Below, piece after piece: positions 9,941 to 18,886 of a DNA stretch of 32,000 bases; position 1 is the stretch's first letter, and each line of letters opens with the position of its first letter. A model generated the notes under the pieces. That model was not told the DNA's origin and searched no databases. It worked only from the letters and a program-made list of their open reading frames with translations. The stretch is taken from the NCBI RefSeq assembly GCF_043950625.1, contig NZ_CP171007.1; one strand, 5' to 3'. Made by a program: the position numbers and the translations under genes. Source of the stretch: Alkanindiges sp. WGS2144 (GTDB taxonomy: Bacteria > Pseudomonadota > Gammaproteobacteria > Pseudomonadales > Moraxellaceae).

Positions 9941-10507
9941 TTAGGCACGCAGTACCTGACCGCTGACTATATCCATAATCCGGCTGGGCACAGGGCTTTT
10001 ACCCAGCGGCCCATCCAGAATCGCCAGCTGTTCCCCAAAATAATGCCGGATCTCGTCACTGCTTCTGGCTGGTTCCTGTCCTGCCGGGTTGGCGCTGGTG
10101 GATACAATCGCACCGCCAAACGCGGTACAAAGCTGTTGTACCAGTGGATGGGTGGTCACCCGAATGGCCACCCGGTCATGCTGGCCACTAATCCAGCCGG
10201 GCACTGCCGGGGTAAGTGGTACTAACCAGGTGATGGCCTGCTGATTTTCATCAATATCCCACGACTGCTGCATTTGGGCAATCTGCATGGTAGTTAAACC
10301 ATTCAGAAAAGGTTGCACTTGTTCCAGGCTGGCAGCAATTAAAATGACGCCTTTTTCAATAGGTCTATTTTTTAAACTGAGAATTTGCTCAAAAGCAGCC
10401 TGATTGTAAGGGTCGCAGCCCAGCCCCCATACGGCTTCGGTTGGATAGGCCAGCACACTACCTTGCTGAAGTAACAAGGCTGCCTGGTCAGGATGAAGTG
10501 AATGCAC
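9941..10507 (-). CDS. tsaC: L-threonylcarbamoyladenylate synthase type 1 TsaC (YrdC family)
   Basis: The motif VLAYPTEAVWGLGCDP and the C-terminal STSANPAGQEPA are present. GTG 10507 follows AGGA by 7 nt, lies just after the dprA stop, and gives 188 aa, close to E. coli TsaC. The maximal ORF starts at TTG 10570 but overlaps dprA by 44 nt. Confidence 0.85.
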   Translation of the reverse strand: MHSLHPDQAALLLQQGSVLAYPTEAVWGLGCDPYNQAAFEQILSLKNRPIEKGVILIAASLEQVQPFLNGLTTMQIAQMQQSWDIDENQQAITWLVPLTPAVPGWISGQHDRVAIRVTTHPLVQQLCTAFGGAIVSTSANPAGQEPARSSDEIRHYFGEQLAILDGPLGKSPVPSRIMDIVSGQVLRA

Positions 10508-10526
10508 GCGGTATTCCTGCTTGGTG

Positions 10527-11711
10527 TTATTGCCGACAGCGCTGATACAGGCCGCCTTGCTGTACTGCAATTCCCATCAGCTCCATTTCCATCAAATGGC
10601 TGGTTAGGGTAGCAACATCAATTTTAACGGTTTCAACCAGGTCATCAAGACTTAACCCCACCCAGTCCAGGGCCTGATAAACCAGCTGCAAGTGCTCGGG
10701 AATAGTTATTAAAGGAGAAGCGGGAGGCAGTGAAACAGTAGACGGTGAGGCAGTATCTAGTGCAACAGGGGCTGCCTGCGTTCCGGTGCAAGCCTGCTGT
10801 TGCCAGCGGCGCGGCAAATCCATTTCATCGACAATGTGCTGGGGTTCATCTACCAGAATTGCGCCTTCACGGATTAACTGATGGCAACCACGGCTTTGTT
10901 CATTGTAAATATGACCTGGAATAGCAAAGACCTGCCGGTTTTGTTCCAGTGCAGCCTGGGCAGTAATCAAGGAGCCGCTTTTTAGAGCGGCTTCTACCAC
11001 CAGTATCCCCAGCGACAAGCCACTGACAATACGGTTGCGGCGCGGAAAATGATATTCCCGTGCCGGTGTGCCTGGCATAAACTCTGAAACAATAGCACCA
11101 CCTGCCTCAACAATTTGCCAGTAAAGGGACTGATGAGCGGCTGGATAGCACAGGTTAACCCCGGTGCCCATGACAGCAATGGTTTGACCGCTACCGGCTG
11201 CCAGTGCGCCACGATGTGCATGGGCATCAATACCATATGCCAACCCACTAGCAATAAAAAATCCCTGCTCGGCCAAAGTATGGGCAAACCGTTCAGCAAT
11301 TTGCTGGCCAGTCTGACTGGGTTTGCGACTGCCCACAATGGCAATTTGTGGCTGGTTTAAGGCATGCAGGTTACCACGCACAAATAAAAAAGGCGGCGGG
11401 TCGGCAATTTGTTTAAGTTGTCTGGGATAACTGGAATCTTTTAGGCTAATGACCTGATCCTGCGCATGGTTTAAGGCATGAATTGCTTGCTCAAAACGTT
11501 GAGCCAGCGCAGGGTTTTGTTGCCATTCGGTCAGTTTTTTCGTATGCGCGTGATGCAGAGCCAATGCCTGCCAATCGACACTACTGGCTTGCAGCGCCTG
11601 TCTGGCAGTACCAAAGTGCTTTAACAGGGTGGTATAAGCACTGACCGAATGCTGGACAACAAACCACAAGGCCAGTTCGTCCAGCAGCTGTTGTGACCAG
11701 TTGATAGCCAT
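10527..11711 (-). CDS. dprA: DNA-processing protein DprA (Smf)
   Basis: Rossmann-like core: IAIVGSRKPS..G...A......LA..G..IASGLAYGIDAHAHRGAL. This is followed by IAVMGTGVNLCYP, FPRRNRIVSGLS, VVEAALKSGSLITA and a C-terminal winged-helix-like tail. It has the conserved position next to tsaC and def. Confidence 0.9.
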   Translation of the reverse strand: MAINWSQQLLDELALWFVVQHSVSAYTTLLKHFGTARQALQASSVDWQALALHHAHTKKLTEWQQNPALAQRFEQAIHALNHAQDQVISLKDSSYPRQLKQIADPPPFLFVRGNLHALNQPQIAIVGSRKPSQTGQQIAERFAHTLAEQGFFIASGLAYGIDAHAHRGALAAGSGQTIAVMGTGVNLCYPAAHQSLYWQIVEAGGAIVSEFMPGTPAREYHFPRRNRIVSGLSLGILVVEAALKSGSLITAQAALEQNRQVFAIPGHIYNEQSRGCHQLIREGAILVDEPQHIVDEMDLPRRWQQQACTGTQAAPVALDTASPSTVSLPPASPLITIPEHLQLVYQALDWVGLSLDDLVETVKIDVATLTSHLMEMELMGIAVQQGGLYQRCRQ

Positions 11712-11735
11712 CTTTAGACCTAGGCTTGATGAGTT

Positions 11736-12944
11736 TTAAAGCTGATCTTCCAGATCACCAAGCGGTGAGCGAATCTCGTCATTTACCTTGATAGGCAGCT
11801 CACTTTCCAGCACAAAGGCATAGCTGACTTGTTCAAAAGCACTAAAAATCATGGCCAGGCCAATACGCTCACTGGGTAGCTGAATTTTTTCACCGGTTTT
11901 GGGATCAGTTGTGGTTTGACCCTGATGGTAAATGGCAAATACTTGACCTGGCGCTGTGCCGTCCTGTGTACCCCGATCCAGCGCAATCACGCTGTTTTTA
12001 GCAGCCGAGCTGATAGAGTCCAGCACACGAATGACCCGTCCACCGGCAGTGACCTGATCCGGCCGGGTAGGATAAAACATGCTGGGCAGTGGTACTTCGT
12101 TTTGCAACATGACCCGGTCACCTTTACGCACTTCCTGATCCAGACTACGGGTGAGTTCAAGCGTTGCAATATCGCCATTCACCGCAGTGACTGTGCCCAC
12201 CGCTACCTGCGTCAGTTCACGCCCAAGGTTGGCTTTAACCTTGTTGCGCTCAACAATATAATCCGCACCTTCACGGTAAACACCATATTGCTGGCCGGTG
12301 TGTAGGTCTAATCCACGCACATAGACCGATTGCCCTACCGCAGCAATCACACGATTATCACGGTTACCCACAACGTAGGGCGAACCCTGAATATCTGCTG
12401 GTGACACCACACGACTGTGCTTGAGCCAATACTGAATACTGGACAAGGGGATGACCGGAATGGCGACATCCAGTGGTTCAATGCGCACCTGTGGTTCCAG
12501 TTTGACCACAGGCAGGCCGGAGTCATTCATGCGGCGTTCAATGCCCAGGCAGCCGTCACCTTCATCACGACCAATGACGGTACGGCCATTAATGATACAG
12601 ATCAGCAGGCGATCCCCCGGATAAATCCAGTGCGGGTTTTTAACATGACGATTGGCGGCCCAGATTTCCGGCCAGCGCCAGGGCTGACTTAAATAGCGCC
12701 CGGCAATATCCCACAGGGTATCGCCTTTTTTAACAATATAAATATTTGGGGCATCGCTGCGTAGGCTGGGTGGCGTCTGATTCGGCGAAGAACGCGCTTC
12801 ACTGATGCCGGGCAAGGTAAAGGCAAGGCCAAGCGCAAGTGATAGTGCCAGAAGTTTGCCAGCCCTGGCTGGATATGAACTGGTTTTTTGTGATGTTTTC
12901 ATATGTTTGTTAGAGGCCATATTCATGAACAATACTGTTCTCAT
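11736..12944 (-). CDS. LysM peptidoglycan-binding domain-containing protein (TsaP-like, by position between dprA and def)
   Basis: A signal peptide (LLALSLALGLAFTLPGISEA) is followed by a LysM motif (YIVKKGDTLWDIAGRYLSQPWRWPEIWAAN). The dprA - LysM - def arrangement matches Pseudomonas PA0021-PA0019, where the LysM protein is TsaP. The true start may be an internal Met, for example 12902. Confidence 0.75.
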   Translation of the reverse strand: MRTVLFMNMASNKHMKTSQKTSSYPARAGKLLALSLALGLAFTLPGISEARSSPNQTPPSLRSDAPNIYIVKKGDTLWDIAGRYLSQPWRWPEIWAANRHVKNPHWIYPGDRLLICIINGRTVIGRDEGDGCLGIERRMNDSGLPVVKLEPQVRIEPLDVAIPVIPLSSIQYWLKHSRVVSPADIQGSPYVVGNRDNRVIAAVGQSVYVRGLDLHTGQQYGVYREGADYIVERNKVKANLGRELTQVAVGTVTAVNGDIATLELTRSLDQEVRKGDRVMLQNEVPLPSMFYPTRPDQVTAGGRVIRVLDSISSAAKNSVIALDRGTQDGTAPGQVFAIYHQGQTTTDPKTGEKIQLPSERIGLAMIFSAFEQVSYAFVLESELPIKVNDEIRSPLGDLEDQL

Positions 12945-13083
12945 TATGATAATCCCTAATACCGAGCGTCAGGCTTTACGCTATAATAAACGTAGCTCAA
13001 TAAAACGCTCCCCCCGTGACTGGTTTACAATAAGGGTTTATTGAACCGAAGTCCAGCCGCTTTGATACAGGAATGAGTACTGC

Positions 13084-13617
13084 ATGGCACTTTTACCCAT
13101 ATTAAATTTTCCTGACCCACGCCTGCGCACCAAAGCCAAACCGGTGGAAGAGGTCAATGACGACATCCGCCAGCTGGCAGCAGATATGCTGGAAACCATG
13201 TATGCTGCGCCGGGTATTGGTTTGGCTGCGACTCAGGTAGACCGGCATGTGCAGCTGATTGTGATGGATTTGTCGGAAGAAAAAAACCAGCCGATGGTCT
13301 TTATTAATCCCAAAATCACGCCTTTGACTGAGGAAACGCAGCCTTATGAGGAGGGCTGTTTGTCGGTGCCGGAAATTTTTGACAAGGTCAACCGACCGGC
13401 AAGGGTAAAGATAGAAGCGCTTGACCTTGAGGGCAAGGCTTTTGAGATGGAAGCAGAGGAGCTGCTGGCAGTTTGTATACAGCATGAAATGGATCATCTG
13501 GATGGCAAACTGTTTGTAGACCATTTGTCGCCTCTGAAGCGCCAGCGCATCCGGGAAAAACTGGTCAAAAACGAACGCTTGCGTGAAAAAGAAAAAGTGA
13601 AGGTGCGGGCACGCTAA
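13084..13617 (+). CDS. def: Peptide deformylase
   Basis: All three deformylase motifs are present: [16 protein letters not shown] and HEMDHLDG. The protein is 177 aa. Confidence 0.95.
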   Translation: MALLPILNFPDPRLRTKAKPVEEVNDDIRQLAADMLETMYAAPGIGLAATQVDRHVQLIVMDLSEEKNQPMVFINPKITPLTEETQPYEEGCLSVPEIFDKVNRPARVKIEALDLEGKAFEMEAEELLAVCIQHEMDHLDGKLFVDHLSPLKRQRIREKLVKNERLREKEKVKVRAR

Positions 13618-13674
13618 GCTGCTGATGCTGGCGTCTGTTTTTATTTAGACCAAACCACAAAGCCTGGATAATCG

Positions 13675-15096
13675 ATGAAGCGCTATGAACAACTGGCTGA
13701 AGCGATTACAGCGCTGATTGCTTCAGGTGTGATCAAGCCGGGTGAACGTGTGCCCTCGGTGCGCAATGCTTGTGCCGTATGGCAGCTTAGCCCTTCTACG
13801 GTATTTAAGGCCTATTATTTGCTAGAAGATCGTGGTTTGATTCAGGCGCGGGAAAAGTCTGGTTATTATGTGCTTGCCAGTGCTGACACTGCTCATGATA
13901 TCGATCAGCCTGTAAACCCGCAGAATATCAGCCAGCCCACTACCGTGCAGGTCAGTGACCTGATTTTTTCATTACTGGATCTGGTGCGTGACCAGACCAT
14001 CATTCCTCTGGGGTCGGCGTTTCCCAGTCCTGACTTGTTTCCTGTCCAGCGGCTGGCCAAATCGGCCGCCCATGCCATGCGCTTTATGTCGGGTGAAACC
14101 CTGGTGTCTGACACACCGTTAGGTGTTGCCGAGTTACGCCGTCAGATTGCCCAGCGTTATGCCCTAGCCGGTATCCGGGCAACGCCCGATGATCTCATGA
14201 TTACCACCGGTGCCATGGAGGCGCTTAATTTATGCTTACAGGCAGTGACCCACGCCGGTGATTATGTCGCGATTGAGTCGCCAGCTTTTTATGCCAGCTT
14301 GCAGGTTCTGGAGCGTTTGCAGCTTAAGGTCATTGAAATCCCGGTCAATGAAGACGGCATGGATATTGATATGCTGGCGCAGGCCTTACAGCAATATCCT
14401 ATCAAAGCTTGCTGGTTAATGAGCAGTTTTCAAAACCCAACCGGAACCAGTTTAAGCGATGATAAAAAACGACAACTGGTTAAGTTGATCAGCCAGCACC
14501 AGATTCCCCTGATTGAAGATGATGTTTATCACGAACTTTATTTTGGTAATACGCCACCAAAGCCAGCCAAGGCATATGATCAGGATGGCTGGGTCATGCA
14601 TTGCTCATCATTTTCCAAGAGTCTGGCACCGGGTTACCGCATTGGCTGGGTAAGTGCCGGACGTTTTAGCCAGCAGGTGCAGCGCCTGAAACTTATGACT
14701 ACCATTTCAGCGTCTATTCCGGCACAAGCCATATTGGCGGACTATTTGCAACATGGCGGTTTTGAGCGCCACTTGCGCAAGCTGCGTCTGCATTTAAAAC
14801 AGCAGTATCAGGCTATGGTCAGGGCGATTCGGTGCTATTTTCCAGCAGATACCCAAATTTCTGCACCGGATGGGGGTTATTTTTTATGGTTAAGCTTAAA
14901 TCCGGCCATTAATACCCTGACCCTGTTTCAACGGGCACTGGCTGAGGGAGTTAGTATCGCACCGGGGCCTATGTTTTCAGCCAGCCAGCAGTTTGCTCAT
15001 TGCATGCGGCTAAATTATGGGGCGGTGAAACCAGAAGATATTGAGCCAACGATTAAAAGACTGGCGGGGTTACTGGATGCAGAGAGATGCATGTAA
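13675..15096 (+). CDS. MocR/GabR-type regulator: GntR-family wHTH fused to a PLP-dependent aminotransferase-fold domain
   Basis: The N-terminus has a GntR wHTH (PGERVPSVRNACAVWQLSPSTVFKAYYLLEDRGLIQAREKSGYYV). The C-terminus has the class I/II aminotransferase fold with the PLP-lysine motif SSFSKSLAPGYRIGW. The protein is 473 aa. Confidence 0.85.
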   Translation: MKRYEQLAEAITALIASGVIKPGERVPSVRNACAVWQLSPSTVFKAYYLLEDRGLIQAREKSGYYVLASADTAHDIDQPVNPQNISQPTTVQVSDLIFSLLDLVRDQTIIPLGSAFPSPDLFPVQRLAKSAAHAMRFMSGETLVSDTPLGVAELRRQIAQRYALAGIRATPDDLMITTGAMEALNLCLQAVTHAGDYVAIESPAFYASLQVLERLQLKVIEIPVNEDGMDIDMLAQALQQYPIKACWLMSSFQNPTGTSLSDDKKRQLVKLISQHQIPLIEDDVYHELYFGNTPPKPAKAYDQDGWVMHCSSFSKSLAPGYRIGWVSAGRFSQQVQRLKLMTTISASIPAQAILADYLQHGGFERHLRKLRLHLKQQYQAMVRAIRCYFPADTQISAPDGGYFLWLSLNPAINTLTLFQRALAEGVSIAPGPMFSASQQFAHCMRLNYGAVKPEDIEPTIKRLAGLLDAERCM

Positions 15097-15302
15097 TCGT
15101 TGATTAGAGAAATTTAAGCTGATTGCCATGGACGAGGTAAGCTGTTTGAATGATGGGTTGATCTTTCATAGACCCAATATTTTTAACTCTATTTTATTTT
15201 CAGTAAAATCAATAGATTAAGAACTGACTGAAAAATTTGGCTATTTTGTAGTTTTTATATTTAACTTGTTGTTCGTGTTGCTTTTTTTGCTTTAGAATTA
15301 CT
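15097..15302 (+). promoter_or_regulatory. CRISPR leader (AT-rich, non-coding)
   Basis: About 200 bp of markedly AT-rich, ORF-free sequence sits immediately upstream of the first perfect repeat, on the side opposite the degenerate terminal repeat. It contains a match to the IHF consensus WATCAANNNNTTR at 15207-15219. Confidence 0.6.
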
Positions 15303-17432
15303 GTTTACTGCCATATAGGCAGCTTAGAAAATCAACTGGCAGCACAAAAGTAATGCGTTGCGGTTTACTGCCATATAGGCAGCTTAGAAATGTACCCTTT
15401 ACTGCATATGCATTTGGCCCTGGTTTACTGCCATATAGGCAGCTTAGAAATTATATCATCATCACTTTTATTTTTAAAAGTAGTTTACTGCCATATAGGC
15501 AGCTTAGAAAAGCATGAAGATATGCCATAACTTTGACGAGCAGTTTACTGCCATATAGGCAGCTTAGAAACAACGCCCAAACCGCACCAGTTTCAATGTT
15601 CGGTTTACTGCCATATAGGCAGCTTAGAAAACTCGTTGTTTATATTCTTTAAGTGTTTCATTCGTTTACTGCCATATAGGCAGCTTAGAAATTTTTGTAG
15701 TCTTCAAAACTCTCAGTAAATTTGTTTACTGCCATATAGGCAGCTTAGAAATAGCACACTATACAAATGACAACTTCCAAACCGTTTACTGCCATATAGG
15801 CAGCTTAGAAAATATACAGCAGCGAGGATTAGCCAGAATGTGGGTTTACTGCCATATAGGCAGCTTAGAAAGCGCAATTTGCAACCGGGTTGTGTTGTCG
15901 TCAGTTTACTGCCATATAGGCAGCTTAGAAACTAAAGCTAAGGTAAAAGTAGTGAGCGCGGCTGTTTACTGCCATATAGGCAGCTTAGAAATCTGTGACA
16001 GCAGTCCATGTTTTGTGGTTTGAGTTTACTGCCATATAGGCAGCTTAGAAATTTGTCAACTGGAAGATCAGTTAAGCAATGAAGTTTACTGCCATATAGG
16101 CAGCTTAGAAATAGATAAGACATCATTTATAATTTCCCTGGCAGTTTACTGCCATATAGGCAGCTTAGAAACATGCCTGATGATCTTGATTGGCGTAATA
16201 CGCGTTTACTGCCATATAGGCAGCTTAGAAATTACGGGGGCGTCCCATTTTCTTTTTGACAAAGTTTACTGCCATATAGGCAGCTTAGAAAAATAAAATT
16301 TGTACCATGCTGACAAAGGAAGTGTTTACTGCCATATAGGCAGCTTAGAAAGTGTTAATTGGCTTAGCGCCTGTATCAATTCCGTTTACTGCCATATAGG
16401 CAGCTTAGAAACTGGTCAATAAACCAGAGCTGACCCCATAGGTGTTTACTGCCATATAGGCAGCTTAGAAAATAGAACTTGAAGTGCAGCTGCCGGATGC
16501 AGAGTTTACTGCCATATAGGCAGCTTAGAAAAAGCGTGATCAAATTGAAGACTATCAGTCTGTGTTTACTGCCATATAGGCAGCTTAGAAAGAATTAATT
16601 GTAGATCCGCAAAAAATTGAAGGGTTTACTGCCATATAGGCAGCTTAGAAATTTGAACAGATTAACGATCGGTTGCATGGTGGGTTTACTGCCATATAGG
16701 CAGCTTAGAAAAGTTAACCATGACGTCCCCCTTTTATTAACGAGTTTACTGCCATATAGGCAGCTTAGAAAATTAAACGCAACGATGCGCGCACGCATGG
16801 CCTGTTTACTGCCATATAGGCAGCTTAGAAATGTTACGCGCAGATAAAAACATTTTTCACAATGTTTACTGCCATATAGGCAGCTTAGAAAAGAACCGGT
16901 AAAATTGCCGTTTTCATCATAGTGTTTACTGCCATATAGGCAGCTTAGAAATAGTAAATTCAGCTATACATTGAGATTCAGTCAGTTTACTGCCATATAG
17001 GCAGCTTAGAAAACTGAAAAACAGGTGTTTAATTAAATGACTGAGTTTACTGCCATATAGGCAGCTTAGAAAAAAGTCAATAAAGCCGCCTTAAAGCGCT
17101 GAATGTTTACTGCCATATAGGCAGCTTAGAAAATAGTCATAATCCACCACGTACATATCGTAAGGTTTACTGCCATATAGGCAGCTTAGAAATGAGCAGC
17201 TATTTCTGCACTTTTGATTTTATTGTTTACTGCCATATAGGCAGCTTAGAAAAAGCTGATTGCACTACAGAATGAAGTCACTGAGTTTACTGCCATATAG
17301 GCAGCTTAGAAAGCCACGGGTGTAAATCGTGTACGGCCTCTGGCGTTTACTGCCATATAGGCAGCTTAGAAATTTAATACGAGCGTTACTATCGTTAAGT
17401 TGACGTTTACTGCCATATAGGCAGCTTCATCT
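15303..17432 (+). CRISPR. Type I-F CRISPR array: 36 repeats (28 nt) and 35 spacers (33 of 32 nt, 2 of 33 nt)
   Basis: GTTTACTGCCATATAGGCAGCTTAGAAA recurs with a 60-nt period. It starts at 15303...15603, then 15664...16924, then 16985...17405. The first 35 copies are identical. The last copy (17405-17432) diverges in its 3' end (..GCTTCATC). The repeat differs at only 3 positions from the P. aeruginosa I-F repeat as I recall it (GTTCACTGCCGTATAGGCAGCTAAGAAA). It keeps the CTGCC-N5-GGCAG Cas6f hairpin and an 8-nt CUUAGAAA handle. Orientation is set by the repeat sequence, the leader position and the terminal-repeat decay. Confidence 0.97.
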
Positions 17433-17459
17433 AAACCCATGCGTTACGAATTGGAAAAG

Positions 17460-18635
17460 CTACTTGCGATTCCTGCCATAAGCATCATGGCTGGATACCC
17501 ATTCGTCGGCAACAATGGCCGAGGATAAGGACAATTCACCACACAGCACTGTGGCGGCAATAATTTCCGCCAGTTTGTAGGCTTTACCAGCACCATAGCA
17601 ATCCATGGCATTGAGGCATTCACGCTAGGTTGGCAGGCCAGTCCCGCCACCATAAGTGGCGACAATTAATGAGGGAATGGTGACCGACATATAGTAATCG
17701 CCATTATCCTTTAATTCGGTATACACAAAGCCGGCGCTGGATTCGGCCACGTTGGCAATATCCTGACCACAGGCCAGAAATATCGCGGCAATTCCGTTAG
17801 CGAAATGTGCGCCATTATTGACCGCCCCAGACATAAATGCCCCCAGATTGGATAAACCACGCTGGTACATTAAATCCTGTGCCCGGCAATGCATGATGGG
17901 TTCAAACAGATCAGCCGGAATAGTAATTTCTGCCACCACGCGCTTGCCCCGACTATGCAGGTTATTTATGACGGAGTGTTTTTTGTCGGTATCAAAATTG
18001 GCTGCCAGACTAAAATGTTCAAGTTCGGGCGGTCGTTGTGCCAAAATCCACTGACAGGCTGCATGGGTGGCTTTGGATACCATATTTTGCCCGGCCGCAT
18101 CGCCAGTGGTCATGTTAAAGCGTAACCAGCGCATTTTACTGGCTGTATATTGTTCAATATTGCGCAGTTTGCCACTGCTAGTGGTGGTTTCAGCGGCGGC
18201 TTTAATATCGTCAAGGTGATCATTCACCCATTGACCAAAATCCCGAGCGGCACGGGCATTTTTAAATACAAAGATGGGCGCACGCTGCATGGCATCATCA
18301 ATTACGGTGGTCATAATACCACCCGCAGCACGGGTCAGGCGCATACCGCGGCTATAGCTGGCAACCAGCGTACCTTCAGTGGTTGCCATAGGGACATAAA
18401 ACTCGCCTTGTGCATGCTCACCATGTACCAGTAATGGCCCGGCAAAGCCCATGGGCACCTGTACAATGCCGCTAAAGCCTTCAATATTGCCAGGCAAAGC
18501 TTCGGGTGGAATGGAATATTGTCCAGTGTGATGCAGGCTATGGCCGCTATTTTTTTCTACCACGGCACGGCGTGCTGCGGCCATGTCATGCGTATAGTCG
18601 TTCTCTTTATTACGTGGCAGTTTTTGTAGTGTCAT
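17460..18635 (-). pseudogene. Class I hydroxymethylglutaryl-CoA reductase, interrupted by an in-frame TAG at 17627-17625
   Basis: The 336-codon ORF 17625..18635 carries class I HMGR motifs: PMATTEGTLVAS, TGDAAGQNM (DAMG.N-like) and ATYGGGTGLPT. After the TAG the same frame continues for 54 codons (RECLNAMDCYGAGKAYKLAEIIAATVLCGELSLSSAIVADEWVSSHDAYGRNRK) to a TAG at 17462-17460. This is the expected conserved C-terminus, including the catalytic-His region. The TAG sits where orthologues have Gln (GLPTQRECL). The RBS (AAGGA) and ATG are intact. Confidence 0.8.
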
Positions 18636-18825
18636 GTTCAGTCCTTGAGAGTTACTTGCAGCCAGAAGTTATAAGTCATCTGCATGGTTCGGGCAAGGCT
18701 ACTTTGATGACCCAAGAAAATGTATTGAGTTTAATTACTGAAAATACCAAGATAGCTATCGTTTTTATAAAAGAGCATTTCCGGACCCAGGTTATCTAAA
18801 AAATATTGAAACATGGGATCATTTA

Positions 18826-18860
18826 AACACAAAAGTATAAGGCGGCCTTAACACCGCCTT
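18826..18860 (-). terminator. Putative rho-independent terminator of the cytochrome bd operon
   Basis: A hairpin AAGGCGG-N8-CCGCCTT lies at 18839-18860. On the minus-strand transcript it is followed by AUACUUUUGUGUUU. It is located 27 nt downstream of the last ORF of the operon. Confidence 0.5.
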
Positions 18861-18886
18861 ATTTTATAGCTGCATTTACTTTTAAT

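Noticed and set aside
15838-16847. Four track ORFs inside the CRISPR array (15838..16023 +, 15938..16126 -, 16595..16798 -, 16617..16847 +) with internally repetitive peptides (YCHIGSLE, FLSCLYGSK, LLPYRQLR).
   Set aside because: The repeated peptide motifs are just the 28-nt CRISPR repeat translated in different frames. These are not genes.
15097-17459. Looked for cas gene remnants or small anti-CRISPR-like ORFs in the leader and in the 27-nt gap after the terminal repeat.
   Set aside because: Neither the leader (15097-15302) nor the gap (17433-17459) holds an ORF of meaningful length. Both flanks run straight into unrelated genes.
17625-17627. The idea that the in-frame TAG in HMGR is recoded (pyrrolysine or programmed readthrough).
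   Set aside because: I know of no precedent for Pyl machinery in this kind of gammaproteobacterial context, and nothing in the window supports it. A nonsense mutation or a sequencing error is far more parsimonious.
17444-17665. A 73-aa minus-strand ORF overlapping the 3' fragment of the HMGR gene.
   Set aside because: It is in a different frame from HMGR and has no recognisable features. The HMGR frame itself continues through this region with clearly conserved C-terminal HMGR sequence after the TAG.
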